Positions 1 to 16,372 of a DNA stretch of 64,000 nucleotides are shown here, piece after piece. The DNA lies in sequence record MT708547.1; one strand, given 5' to 3'. The position numbers and the translations under genes were made by a program. The stretch's first letter is position 1; every line of letters begins with the position of its first letter. The notes under the pieces are model-generated. The model did no database searches, was not told the DNA's origin, and was given only the letters and a program-made list of their open reading frames with translations.

Positions 1-69
1 TATATTATTAGTGTAGTAGTACTTTCTGTTTTGGTTGGTATTGTATTACTGAAAGGTGTAACGTATACA

Positions 70-357
70 ATGTCTAAAATAGACAAGTACCAGGAAAATT
101 CAGTAATCGATTTGTTTATTGATTACCCAAAAAGCATCATTGCTTTTCTGTTTGTTATGGTACTGATTGGTTTTTATATGGTATCTCATCAAATTGGAGA
201 AATGTACACTTGTGCCATCCGAAGTAGTTCACAGAATGTAGAAACCGAATATAGTTGGTATTTTGATAAATGTCGCTTCAAAAATAAAGATGGTGCATGG
301 GTAGATATTGATCGTTTATTGGGTATGCCTGATGGCAAAGAACATGAACAACAATGA
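70..357 (+). CDS. hypothetical single-pass membrane protein
   Basis: ATG at 70 inside the track ORF; hydrophobic stretch SIIAFLFVMVLIGFYMV. Confidence 0.7.
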   Translation: MSKIDKYQENSVIDLFIDYPKSIIAFLFVMVLIGFYMVSHQIGEMYTCAIRSSSQNVETEYSWYFDKCRFKNKDGAWVDIDRLLGMPDGKEHEQQ

Positions 358-868
358 ACATAAATTCTTCATAGAGCCAGAAGATGAAATAGACTATTTT
401 GATGCAATAGACAGTACTGAAGATGGATATACACATATCAATATATATAGTAAAGGTAAAACTAAATTAGGACGCGATTTATCTAATTTTAGTCCCTATA
501 GTTTTACGCTTGAACCATATGGATGGTTTCCATCAGTAGAGTCATTTTATTTCTGGTTTTTAACTGGACAAAAACACCATGAGCTACGTAAGCTCTCTGG
601 GGCGGCAGCTAAGGCTGCTGCGGAAAAGTATACCAATGACAGGCTTGAGATGAATGAGGAGCGTCTTGGTGTGATACAGGCCGCTATTTGTGCCAAGATA
701 GTACAGAACCCCGACTTAGCAGAGCGTTTAAAGAAAAGTACATTAGCTTTTAAGCATTATTATTGTTATGGTACTAAAGTAATAAACGTGGAAGATGAAC
801 ATGGGTGGTTTGTTCAAACAATCGAAGATATAAGGACTGTATTAAAAGAAGGAGATGAACATGAATAA
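344..868 (+). CDS. NADAR-superfamily-like phage protein
   Basis: HINIYSKGKTKLGRDLSNF...FPSVESFYFW...LSGAAAK and VIQAAICAKIVQNPDLAERL resemble NADAR (YbiA-like) motifs; recognised from memory. Confidence 0.55.
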   Translation: MNNNEHKFFIEPEDEIDYFDAIDSTEDGYTHINIYSKGKTKLGRDLSNFSPYSFTLEPYGWFPSVESFYFWFLTGQKHHELRKLSGAAAKAAAEKYTNDRLEMNEERLGVIQAAICAKIVQNPDLAERLKKSTLAFKHYYCYGTKVINVEDEHGWFVQTIEDIRTVLKEGDEHE

Positions 869-2056
869 TACACAGTTTGAATCATTTGATATAGAGAGTA
901 TATTAAAACCAACTGATAACTGTACTGTACTTATGAATATGTACTGGATAGTCAAAGATGAAAAAGTCTTTAGATCATTGCGAACTAAAGTATGGCAATG
1001 CAATAAATTTGAGAGTGTAGTTAAACATGTAATCGAATCTTATCCTGGTTGTGAGGTTCGTTTTCTTGAATATGCTTATGTAAAGAAGGATTGATTATGA
1101 AATATTATATGGTAACGGAAGGTGATTCGAGTGGTATTCATTTTTTATGGTCTTATTATGAATTACTTGACTGTTGCACCGTAGAAGATGCAGAAGATTT
1201 ATACAGAGAAGAAAATGGATATTCACTGGATGCACCTTATGGATTGAGAATTTATAGTAAAGAAATTACAGAAAAAGAATATCATGATGGATTGCATTTT
1301 AACGATTATTATGGTGTTAGAACGCTAATTACCGAATTGATGTTTAAAAATAACATTTTCCCACTAAAAAGTTGGGCTTTAATGTTTGCAAATCCAAAAA
1401 AACCTGTTAGAATAGGGTTTCCTGGTTCACATCTAGTCTATCGTATGAATGATAAACGAGAGCTTAGCTACCAGTATGATTATGATTCACATAAGTTTGG
1501 TCTTCTACCAGCATTTAAAGGTTTGACAAATGAGTAAAGATTCATTAGAATTTATTTTACGTTGTGATTGTGGTGAAAAATCAGATCATGTAATTCACAT
1601 TGCACAATACGATCTAGACGAAGAGTACGGTGATAATAAACTTGGCACTTGTTTAATCAGTGCTCGTTTAGAACCATGTAAAACATGGTATGAACGTGTT
1701 TGGATTGGTATCAAATACATCTTTGGTTACAATAGTTATCAGTATATGGATACAATGGTTGATGTTGATATCCTACGTGAAGTAGTACAACAGTTAAAAG
1801 ATGAACGTTCAGAAGAAGACAAAAAAGCTTCTCGTGAAAAACGCTCAGAGGTTAAGGTTCTATGAGTGTGTTATTTGAAAAGAAATATTGTACTAAATGC
1901 TTGACAGCTTATACAATTCAGGGTATGATTTGTTGCTCAAACTGTCAAAGCACAGATGCTCAAACGTTTTTGGTTGATGATCGTTACACCGATTTAATTC
2001 AATTCAAAGCGAATCGAAATTTAAAACATTTTAGTGCTTTACACGACAAAGATTGA
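855..2056 (+). CDS. four overlapping hypothetical ORFs (855-1094, 1091-1537, 1530-1865, 1862-2056); the last is a CxxC...CxxC zinc ribbon
   Basis: Head-to-tail tiling with stop/start overlaps; YCTKC...CSNC in the last ORF. Confidence 0.7.
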
Positions 2057-2066
2057 ATGCTATAAT
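2038..2066 (+). promoter_or_regulatory. sigma70-like early promoter
   Basis: TTTACA-17-TATAAT upstream of AGGA and the ATG at 2102. Confidence 0.65.
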
Positions 2067-2101
2067 CATCTTAACTTAAACAAAAACAGGAATTACTTTA
2101 T

Positions 2102-2593
2102 ATGACTAACGTTAATACCAATCTAGTAACTGATATCAAAAAAGTTATTACTTCTCATCATTTCTTTGCACCAGAAAAACAACGAGTCATCTCTGATATC
2201 AAAGAAGATGAACTTAGTATTATTATTCGTTTTAAAGAACCTGGTGATGAAATTTCATCACAGTTCACTGTACTTCGTGGTAAATTCCGCGAAGAAGGCG
2301 TTGACAAGATCCCAGCTTACATTCTTTTTATTACACTTGGTAGTGTAATTAAGCTGGAAATTGATGAAAATCTGGAGCGTTCATATAAATTTATGCTTGC
2401 ACCAGTTACAGATGATGATAACGTTGAACTGGATTTCAAGAATGATTTCACTGAAGAAGAATTCTTTCAGCAAAGTACAATCCATGATTTCCGTTCAGTA
2501 ACTTATGAACACGTCGAACTTATCAAAGATATGATTGAACCAGTTACCAGTTACGAGAAATATCTCGATGGTCAAGCTGAAGGCAACGAATAA
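2102..2593 (+). CDS. hypothetical protein, FQxS-motif paralog family
   Basis: C-terminal FTEEEFFQQSTIHDF. Confidence 0.8.
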   Translation: MTNVNTNLVTDIKKVITSHHFFAPEKQRVISDIKEDELSIIIRFKEPGDEISSQFTVLRGKFREEGVDKIPAYILFITLGSVIKLEIDENLERSYKFMLAPVTDDDNVELDFKNDFTEEEFFQQSTIHDFRSVTYEHVELIKDMIEPVTSYEKYLDGQAEGNE

Positions 2594-2598
2594 AAATA

Positions 2599-2624
2599 AA
2601 TAACCCACTTCGGTGGGTTATTTT
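2599..2624 (+). terminator. intrinsic terminator
   Basis: AATAACCCAC-TTCG-GTGGGTTATT followed by T residues, right after the stop codon. Confidence 0.85.
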
Positions 2625-2643
2625 CTATATAAGGATATAAATT

Positions 2644-3201
2644 ATGTTAAAAGAAATTCAAAAATTAACAAATTCAATTGTAGATTTTCTTAAAGATAAA
2701 AATGGTTTTAGTACTGAAGTATCAAAACAGGGTGTTCAGTTAATCGTTAAAAGTCCTAATGGTACTGAAACTTTGTATGATGTTTATGAATTGCTTTTAT
2801 ATAAACTTAGTGCTAATAAACTAGGTGGTGATATTCAGTTAAACATTAATGATAGTACTGAGGGTAAGATTTTTGCAATTAACACGAATGTAAATTTTGA
2901 TATACATTCTAAAATCCTCGAAATTAATAATTCATTTGATGATTTCAAACACGACACCATTCGTGGTGTTTTTGTTAGTACTCAATTATCTGAAAGTACA
3001 AATCCGTTTTCGGTACTAACTATGTATAAAAATGGTACATGGGTTCGTTACGATTTAACACTGTCGGAATTACTGTACGCTTGTGTAAATGGGTATAAAT
3101 TACAATTGAACGATTCAGGTTTTGTATACAATGAATTACGTGAATTGTGCGAAAATGTAAAAAAAGAAATGAAGCAAGAAGAAAATACAATATCCAAATA
3201 A
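2644..3201 (+). CDS. hypothetical protein
   Basis: 185-aa ORF with AAGGA ribosome-binding site. Confidence 0.7.
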   Translation: MLKEIQKLTNSIVDFLKDKNGFSTEVSKQGVQLIVKSPNGTETLYDVYELLLYKLSANKLGGDIQLNINDSTEGKIFAINTNVNFDIHSKILEINNSFDDFKHDTIRGVFVSTQLSESTNPFSVLTMYKNGTWVRYDLTLSELLYACVNGYKLQLNDSGFVYNELRELCENVKKEMKQEENTISK

Positions 3202-3217
3202 TGAGGTAGATCTCTGT

Positions 3218-3640
3218 ATGACATTACATGAAGTACTGAATAGTTTCTTTGAATTGAATATTTCAGAAATGAAAACCAAACAAAATAGACACCAACATAG
3301 TGTTTGGTATGATGCCCAACCACAACCGTTTTTAATCAATTTTAAAGAAACAGAAACATACACAATAATGAGATTTCATCATTTTGATGGTGAAAATAAT
3401 TACAGGGTATCATATGATGCAGGAACTGATCGACTGATTTACACAGTAATGGGTACCATTTCATCAACCATTACGATTGGAAACTTCTCTTCTTATAAAT
3501 CAGAAGATAATTTTTTTCAGGATTCACTGATTAATGATTACAATGATTTATCATTCGAAGATATTGACAAAATGATGAATATGTTCTATAATGTAAAAAA
3601 TACAAGTTTATCCCTATTTGGTGAAGATGATGAAATTTGA
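3218..3640 (+). CDS. hypothetical protein, FQxS family
   Basis: SEDNFFQDSLINDY. Confidence 0.75.
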   Translation: MTLHEVLNSFFELNISEMKTKQNRHQHSVWYDAQPQPFLINFKETETYTIMRFHHFDGENNYRVSYDAGTDRLIYTVMGTISSTITIGNFSSYKSEDNFFQDSLINDYNDLSFEDIDKMMNMFYNVKNTSLSLFGEDDEI

Positions 3641-4067
3641 TTTAGAAAAATTTCTGGATTTGGATTTAGATTCATTTTATATCAGAAAGTTTATTTTTAA
3701 ACCACACACAAATGTGGTTGATTATGCTGTGATTGAACTACATGAATCGGATTATACAATTTGGTACGATGTTGATGATTGTATTCAACTAAAGGAATGT
3801 GATGAATGTAAAGGTTATGTTCTGTTGTATGACCTCAATACAAATGAAATTACATTAAAAACTTCACATTATGATGAATACGGTATTATAACAAGACGTG
3901 AATGTGTTGCATTTTCACATGATGATTACACAGAAGAATCATTTTTTATGATTAGTACCTTACATGATGTTGGGGAATTTACATTTGAAACTTTCGATAA
4001 ATTTAATAAAATTTTGAAAAAGATTAAATCAATGATCAAGGAAATTGAAAATGAACAGTCCAAGTAA
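3630..4067 (+). CDS. hypothetical protein, FQxS family
   Basis: YTEESFFMISTLHDV. Confidence 0.75.
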   Translation: MKFDLEKFLDLDLDSFYIRKFIFKPHTNVVDYAVIELHESDYTIWYDVDDCIQLKECDECKGYVLLYDLNTNEITLKTSHYDEYGIITRRECVAFSHDDYTEESFFMISTLHDVGEFTFETFDKFNKILKKIKSMIKEIENEQSK

Positions 4068-4464
4068 ATGTTATATTGTTATTCGTAATGATTTGGATAT
4101 GCCAGAAGGTAAATTTGGTGCACAAATCGGTCATGGCATCGACGCAGTATGGAAAGAGGTTTTGGTAGCCGGTACAATGGTGCGTGCTGCAAATATAGCC
4201 AATGAACAACCAAAAGAGCGTGATATCAAAATACAGGATGAAATTTCTAAATGGGTGAGTGACGGTAGTAGAAAGATTATTCTAAAAACAAAATCAGAAG
4301 ACGAATTACTGAAAATTTATAAAAAGGTATTGTCTGAAGGTTGTATTTGTACTAAAATTTATGATTATGGATTTAATTTTTTTGATGGTTTAACTTTAAC
4401 TGGTATTGTTGTACATCCATGTTCAGAAGAAATTAAAACATTAAAACGAGTACGCTTATGGTAA
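4051..4464 (+). CDS. pth2: peptidyl-tRNA hydrolase, Pth2 type
   Basis: KCYIVIRNDLDMPEGKFGAQIGH (family pattern K.V.VVR.DL.M..GK.AAQ..H), W...GSRKIILK, and IYDYG (I.DAG). Confidence 0.85.
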   Translation: MNSPSKCYIVIRNDLDMPEGKFGAQIGHGIDAVWKEVLVAGTMVRAANIANEQPKERDIKIQDEISKWVSDGSRKIILKTKSEDELLKIYKKVLSEGCICTKIYDYGFNFFDGLTLTGIVVHPCSEEIKTLKRVRLW

Positions 4465-4832
4465 ATGAACATTTAAAAGAATTATGTTCTTTATGGAAAT
4501 CATCTGATGTAAGATTTGAACCTGTACCCAAAAATAAAGATAACTGGCATAATTCTATTGTTATGGGGTCTGGTGGTTTTTTTCTTTTACCTATGGTACT
4601 AAAAGATAAAAAAATAGGTATTGTTGTTTTATACAATGATCTTATATATTATTTTTTGTACGAAGATGAAATTCAGTACGTACATAATAATATGACACAT
4701 ACATACAAAAGAGATACCACACATGAAGAACTATTCCAACTAAGTACTTTATACGATGAAGTAATTCAGTACGAAAACTTAATAGAAGTTTTTAACTTAT
4801 ATGATTCCGTAATGGAGGTAATTGAAAGATGA
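4458..4832 (+). CDS. hypothetical protein, FQxS family
   Basis: TTHEELFQLSTLYDE. Confidence 0.75.
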   Translation: MVNEHLKELCSLWKSSDVRFEPVPKNKDNWHNSIVMGSGGFFLLPMVLKDKKIGIVVLYNDLIYYFLYEDEIQYVHNNMTHTYKRDTTHEELFQLSTLYDEVIQYENLIEVFNLYDSVMEVIER

Positions 4833-5170
4833 TGAGTCATTGTAAATTCTGGCTTCCTGTTATGGTTGTTCTGTTTATTATTTTTACAGTAGTAAACTAT
4901 AAAATCCACAATTCTATCCCAAGACAGCCTACAGCAGAAGAATTAGCTATTCATCAAAATAGTGGTTTATATGCTGAAGTACTCAATAAAATCAAAAACA
5001 AATGTACTGGTATCAGTGATAATGAAAAGAATACATTTTATACATGTGAAGATGGTTCTAAAGTATCAGTGATTTACTGGAAACGTCAAGAAAGAACTGG
5101 GTATGTCACTCGTGATTTTGATAAGGATGGTAAATTAATTTCAATTTATGGACACCCAGATGATATCTAA
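4829..5170 (+). CDS. hypothetical membrane-anchored protein
   Basis: N-terminal hydrophobic segment FWLPVMVVLFIIFTVV. Confidence 0.7.
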   Translation: MMSHCKFWLPVMVVLFIIFTVVNYKIHNSIPRQPTAEELAIHQNSGLYAEVLNKIKNKCTGISDNEKNTFYTCEDGSKVSVIYWKRQERTGYVTRDFDKDGKLISIYGHPDDI

Positions 5171-5612
5171 AGAACAACATAAATTTTTATTCAAAATATT
5201 GAATTCTTATAAAGTTAATAAGTTCAGTACTAAACACGTTCACAATCCAAAAATTATTATTATCACAAGGCGATATATAGGAAATAACAGATTTGAAATA
5301 CACTTATATAAAGGAACTATTTCATTAGAAATTCAAAGATATGGTATTATTTTATTATTAATTGAGTATAATCCAATTTCTGACAATATGACATTATTAT
5401 TCAATGATAATGAACATTGTTCTGAAATCGTTTATCGTATAAACGATGTGTCGGAAATTCTTGAAGAAGATGGTTATTTTCAACAAAGTCTTGTACAAAA
5501 TCTTCCATTGGAATATAATGATTTTTGTAAAATGATGGATGATATCACAACCATCAAAAATTCAATGCTGGAACGTTTTGAGTTAACAGAGCAAGTGTGC
5601 GACAATGACTAA
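5160..5612 (+). CDS. hypothetical protein, FQxS family
   Basis: EEDGYFQQSLVQNL. Confidence 0.7.
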   Translation: MISKEQHKFLFKILNSYKVNKFSTKHVHNPKIIIITRRYIGNNRFEIHLYKGTISLEIQRYGIILLLIEYNPISDNMTLLFNDNEHCSEIVYRINDVSEILEEDGYFQQSLVQNLPLEYNDFCKMMDDITTIKNSMLERFELTEQVCDND

Positions 5613-6475
5613 AGTAGTTAGAAAGCGTAGAGTACTGGATAATGATGAATTCAAATCATTAGAGATTCATCGTCAATTGTTTCACCGTCTTTGTGCTGGT
5701 GAGAAACAAATTGTAGTTACTGAAACATATGAAGAACCAGAAAATATTTTCGGTAACTATTTCCCTGTATTCAATTTGTATATTAAACGCGGTCTATTGG
5801 AAGTAATTACAATAGATCAGTTACCGGAAGATGAACATGAATTTACTGTTATCAAATAAAGAACCATTAGATCGTGATGATGATTTTTATGATGAACGTT
5901 ATGGTGAATCGGAGGAATAAATGGGATTAGATATCTATAAATGTAAAATTAGTTCTACTAAACAAGAACATGGTTTTATTACATGTTCACAAGAAGAGAT
6001 TGATTCAAATAAATCAATTAAAGAACTATTCCAGAAATATAAAAATTATATCAATATCGGCACTGAAGAATACATTGATATTGAACAAAGTTTAATCAAA
6101 TTTAATCTTTCTGATGAATGGTTTTTATCTGGATATGAGTTCAATGAAGATGAGGATTCATATTATGCAGTATTTGATTGTACTCTACCATTGTTCGATT
6201 CCGTAAAAGTATTATATAATGAACTCATCACAAAAGATGAAAAAGTTTATACATTATATTACACAGAAATTGGCTATCAACGTAGAGATTATAAACCCGG
6301 AATCTATGCTGATCTTTGGGGATGTGACCATGAAGAACACGACGGATATTACAGCTTAAATGTTGTAACAGATAATTCAGTACTTGAACTTGTTAAAATG
6401 TATGCGAATGAAAATTCTCCACTTAGTCAATGGGTACTAAACGATAATGATGAATTTATTATCTTCGATTATTGA
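5605..6475 (+). CDS. hypothetical ORFs 5605-5859 and 5921-6475, plus a possible 29-aa acidic ORF at 5831-5920
   Basis: Tiling ORFs; GGAGG before the ATG at 5921. Confidence 0.65.
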
Positions 6476-6511
6476 GATTTCTAAATAAAATAAAACATAA
6501 CAAGGATGTTT

Positions 6512-7399
6512 ATGAAACCTATTACAGTACTGTCATTATTCAATGGGATGAGTGTTGGGTATATGGCACTAAAGAATGCTGGAATTCCAGTACAGAAATA
6601 TTACTCATCAGAAATTGATAAATTTGCTATTGCTGAATCACAAGCCAACTACCCTGATATTATTCAGTTAGGTGATATAACTAAATGGGAAGATTGGGAT
6701 ATCGACTGGGGTAGTATTGACCTACTTATTGGTGGAAGTCCTTGTACTGATGTAAGTTTTGCGGGAAAACAAGAGGGGTTAGTGAAACCAGATGAAAACG
6801 GTGATGGTGGAACACGAAGTGGTTTATTTTATATAATGATTGACATATTCAATCATATTAAATCGATAAATCCAGATTTAAATTTTTTATTTGAAAATGT
6901 CAAGATGAAAAAAGAACATCTTGAAGAATTTAATAATAATATAGGGGTTGATCCTGTTCTAATCAATTCTGAATTATATACTGCTCATTACAGACAGAGA
7001 TATTACTGGATTAGCTCAAATAAGCTAATTCTCAATCCCACCTACGAAGCCCCCGTACTTCAAGATATTATTGTTAATGCATATACTGACAGGAATAAAT
7101 CATATTGCATTGATGCCAATTACTGGAAAAAGGGGAACATTAAACAGTACTTACACAAATCAAGAAGACAGATTGTTTATCTAAGAGACGATCATGATTT
7201 ATTCAGTACTGAAGAAAAAATTAACACATTTAAACTTAATGTTGATTATCGACATTTAACAGTAGATGAAGTATGTTTATTACAGGGTGTACCTGTTGGA
7301 TTTTTTAAAGTAAGTAGTACAACACAAGCATACAAAATGCTAGGTAATGGATGGACATGTCCAGTTATTGAACATCTATTAAAGGAAATTTTCTTTTAA
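6512..7399 (+). CDS. dcm: DNA (cytosine-5) methyltransferase, orphan
   Basis: Motif I LSLFNG, EID, motif IV GGSPC, motif VI FENV, motif VIII RQRYYW, motif X YKMLGNGW; AAGGA 5 nt before the ATG at 6512. Confidence 0.92.
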   Translation: MKPITVLSLFNGMSVGYMALKNAGIPVQKYYSSEIDKFAIAESQANYPDIIQLGDITKWEDWDIDWGSIDLLIGGSPCTDVSFAGKQEGLVKPDENGDGGTRSGLFYIMIDIFNHIKSINPDLNFLFENVKMKKEHLEEFNNNIGVDPVLINSELYTAHYRQRYYWISSNKLILNPTYEAPVLQDIIVNAYTDRNKSYCIDANYWKKGNIKQYLHKSRRQIVYLRDDHDLFSTEEKINTFKLNVDYRHLTVDEVCLLQGVPVGFFKVSSTTQAYKMLGNGWTCPVIEHLLKEIFF

Positions 7400-7428
7400 T
7401 TAATAATTTAAAATGGAAAATAATATCA

Positions 7429-7638
7429 ATGATTAGTAAAGTATACCTTGATGAAAATATTTCTAACGAAAAGACACAATATGCAGTTTATGATTCCTTG
7501 ACTGATAAAGTACTAACAGAGAGTATTCATTCTTATAAAGCAGATGTTGAAGATTTTATGACACACAAATATGGTGCTGACTGGCGTACAACACATGCAT
7601 TATATAGTATTCGTGAAATTAAAATCGTAGTGTTATAA
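7429..7638 (+). CDS. hypothetical protein
   Basis: ORF followed by the hairpin AAAAAATCCAC-CACAT-GTGGATTTTTT. Confidence 0.6.
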   Translation: MISKVYLDENISNEKTQYAVYDSLTDKVLTESIHSYKADVEDFMTHKYGADWRTTHALYSIREIKIVVL

Positions 7639-7690
7639 ACAAAAAAATCCACCACATGTGGATTTTTTTCTATTTGAGATTAAATTAAAC

Positions 7691-8128
7691 ATGCATAATG
7701 AAGAAATAATTCATTTTCTTAAATTTTATTTAAAATGTATGAATGCTGTTCAAAAATTAATGGAATGTGAAATGATTAATGATTTCAATGATCATTTTGG
7801 ATATATAAGTACAGATTTATATCCCGTCCCTGTTCGTGCAAAATGGAATTATGATCAAGATGCATATGCAATGCAACTGGATTTTGATTTATTCGGACTT
7901 CCATCTAAATTTAATATAGGAACTATTTGTTTTGATAAAAATGATGGTTTGATTTTAATTTGTTATAACAATAAAACAGAAGTTGATTTAAAATACAGAG
8001 AATGGTTAACCGAAGAATCGTTTTTTCAGTCCTCGTTAATATATGATTTTGGTAGTACTGATTTACAGTACTGGAAAAAATGCATTGATTTATTTGAAAA
8101 GATTGAAGGAGTAATGACAGGTGTTTAA
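7691..8128 (+). CDS. hypothetical protein, FQxS family
   Basis: WLTEESFFQSSLIYDFGSTDLQYWKKCI, closest to 18752-19201. Confidence 0.8.
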   Translation: MHNEEIIHFLKFYLKCMNAVQKLMECEMINDFNDHFGYISTDLYPVPVRAKWNYDQDAYAMQLDFDLFGLPSKFNIGTICFDKNDGLILICYNNKTEVDLKYREWLTEESFFQSSLIYDFGSTDLQYWKKCIDLFEKIEGVMTGV

Positions 8129-8516
8129 AATAAAACTAATTTATACCACTGGTAATACATTCGAAACATGTGAAGTAGAAAGATTTATTAATTGCGAATG
8201 GGATACAGAAGAGAAAGCTATTCATGAAATGAATAAAATCCGAGAGCACTGGATTTTCAATAAAAAAATTAGTTCTACTCGTGATAAAGACACAAAGAAG
8301 AAATTGGTATCACAAGCTATTATGCAATCATGGTATAAACCTGGTAATTCTGAATATACTATGTTGCTAGTTGATAATGATGGAAATTCTTTTGAAATGT
8401 ATGCTGCATGGTTAGGGTATTTTGAAATTCTTCACAGTACTGAAGTAGTAAATGCAAACCAATTAGACAACTATATTGATTTCGATGAATTAAGATCAAA
8501 TATGGGATTGTGGTAA
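8121..8516 (+). CDS. hypothetical protein
   Basis: GTG start overlapping the previous stop; GGAG ribosome-binding site. Confidence 0.65.
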   Translation: MFKIKLIYTTGNTFETCEVERFINCEWDTEEKAIHEMNKIREHWIFNKKISSTRDKDTKKKLVSQAIMQSWYKPGNSEYTMLLVDNDGNSFEMYAAWLGYFEILHSTEVVNANQLDNYIDFDELRSNMGLW

Positions 8517-8950
8517 TGGATGGTCCAACTGTACTAAAAATCCTTCGTAAATTTAAACACCCAATGTTGTTCGGACGTTGGAAATCGTTAAAAGAAAATA
8601 AAAATACCGACGATCAAAAAAATATCAATTATAGATGGTATTGGGATTATTCAAAAGATTATGGTGATTCACTTTGTATAAAAATTAAATTCAATAATTA
8701 TAATAAATGGTCTAGAGATAAAAAATATATATATTCATATGATATTCACTTATCAAAGGAACATGTATTTATTTTTCATAGAAGTTACAACAAATTTTCA
8801 TTGAAACATGATGTACTATTTTCTATAAATGAATTATATGAAGATTTAGAAAGTGTATTATTTCAGCAATCATTATTGACTTCTACTGGTATGATGAGTA
8901 CCCAAGAAATTGAAGTACTTAAAGAATTAAAAGATATGTATTTTCCATAA
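8516..8950 (+). CDS. hypothetical protein, FQxS family
   Basis: LESVLFQQSLLTST. Confidence 0.7.
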   Translation: MDGPTVLKILRKFKHPMLFGRWKSLKENKNTDDQKNINYRWYWDYSKDYGDSLCIKIKFNNYNKWSRDKKYIYSYDIHLSKEHVFIFHRSYNKFSLKHDVLFSINELYEDLESVLFQQSLLTSTGMMSTQEIEVLKELKDMYFP

Positions 8951-8971
8951 TACAAATTGAGGATATAATAA

Positions 8972-13191
<4,220 letters not shown>

Positions 13192-13246
13192 TTTTTAGTG
13201 ATATAATATAAGCATCAGTAAAAAAACTGATAAACATGGCGTCTCA

Positions 13247-14349
<1,103 letters not shown>

Positions 14350-14382
14350 TATTAAGGAGACTACTAATAGTCTCCTTTATTT

Positions 14383-15281
<899 letters not shown>

Positions 15282-15283
15282 AT

Positions 15284-15490
15284 ATGCATGTAAAAATTAA
15301 CCCAGAAAAGAACTTTTATAATGAAGTATTCGGTTCTGAAGATTTAGTACGTCATTTTCCTGAATTAGAAACAACTGGCGTCGAAGTTTATTATGATGGT
15401 GACTTGTATCATATCATTAAAGATGGTAAACTAGCTGGAGATTGCTGTTTCTTTGATGAAGAAGAAATGGAACATCTTACCATTCTATAA
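15284..15490 (+). CDS. small acidic hypothetical protein
   Basis: 68-aa ORF with AGGA ribosome-binding site. Confidence 0.65.
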   Translation: MHVKINPEKNFYNEVFGSEDLVRHFPELETTGVEVYYDGDLYHIIKDGKLAGDCCFFDEEEMEHLTIL

Positions 15491-15493
15491 ATA
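15486..15493 (+). promoter_or_regulatory. T4-like late promoter box
   Basis: Exact TATAAATA at the start of a 500-nt ORF-free structured region. Confidence 0.45.
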
Positions 15494-15499
15494 AAAAAT

Positions 15500-16000
15500 G
15501 GAGGCGACTGTATTCAGTACTGAATCAATTGATCGTTGCGTAATCAGATTCAGTTAGCGTAGTATTAGCTGGGACGCGTACTTGTGATCCGCAACCACAA
15601 CGTACTTAAAATCCAACGCGTGGAGGGTAAGCATTCTGTACTGAATAGCAGAAGGGCTACAAAAACTTATACTTCAAAAAGGTTCGGGAAGTATTCGTAA
15701 TAAACCGTTTAATCGTCTTATCAGTACTATGAACAACCAATATATTTGTGGTGGATATTATTGGACTCAAGTAGATGATATTATCTTTGTACGCTTTCTA
15801 ACCAAAAGGTCAGATAATAAAAATGTAAGAAAATTTCAGTACTGATAGCTGGAACCTTACTATAGTAAAAAAAGACCTGATATGACTCGCTTAGGTCTTT
15901 AAATTATATAATGCGAGGGACGCTACGCCTTAGTTTAGGGCTAAATCGTAAGGATTGAGTACTAAACCGCCTTGAGAGTCCCAAGGCAACTTTTAATTTA
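15500..16000 (+). ncRNA. candidate structured non-coding RNA region
   Basis: No ORF of 60 aa or more; GC-richer; hairpins GTACTTGTG/CACAACGTAC, TCCA-ACGCG-TGGA, TTCTG/CAGAA, CCAATA/TATTGG, TTATCT/AGATAA, AAGACCT/AGGTCTT, GGGAC/GTCCC. Confidence 0.5.
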
Positions 16001-16103
16001 AACAAATTTGTACAAAACACAAAAAGGTGATATAATGATTCTATCTGAAGAAGATTGGGGTGTTTATCCTAAAGACGAATTTGATGGATTTTAATAAAAA
16101 ATC

Positions 16104-16133
16104 TTGAACAAAAACAAAATAATGTGATATAAT
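16104..16133 (+). promoter_or_regulatory. sigma70-like promoter driving RNA copy A
   Basis: TTGAAC-18-TATAAT with TGn; predicted start at about 16140, at the base of the RNA closing stem. Confidence 0.65.
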
Positions 16134-16136
16134 ATT

Positions 16137-16268
16137 AGTACTGAATGAGGATAGGTGCAGTTGGTGAGATACCTCATGAGAAATCATAGACACCGTAGAA
16201 AGCGAAGGGCTTGGTGAGCGACGGCAATAGACAAGCATAGTAGAGGCTTGAAGAACTCATTTAGTACT
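16137..16268 (+). ncRNA. unidentified structured RNA, copy A
   Basis: Closing stem AGTACTGAATGAG/CTCATTTAGTACT; shares GGATAGGT, GGCTTGGTGAGCGACGGCAA, TAGTAGARGC and GAA with 16867-16966. Confidence 0.7.
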
Positions 16269-16372
16269 TTTTTAATTTAAAGAATTGTGCACTAGTTGTT
16301 TTAAATCAGTAAAACACCGAAGATGCAAGTACTATGTAGTATGTCAAAATCAAATACAATAAGAGTATACAT

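Noticed and set aside
6512-7399. Claim that the methyltransferase recognises AGTACT
   Set aside because: Specificity cannot be read from sequence, and the known AGTACT enzyme M.ScaI is an N4-cytosine type. Kept only as a question.
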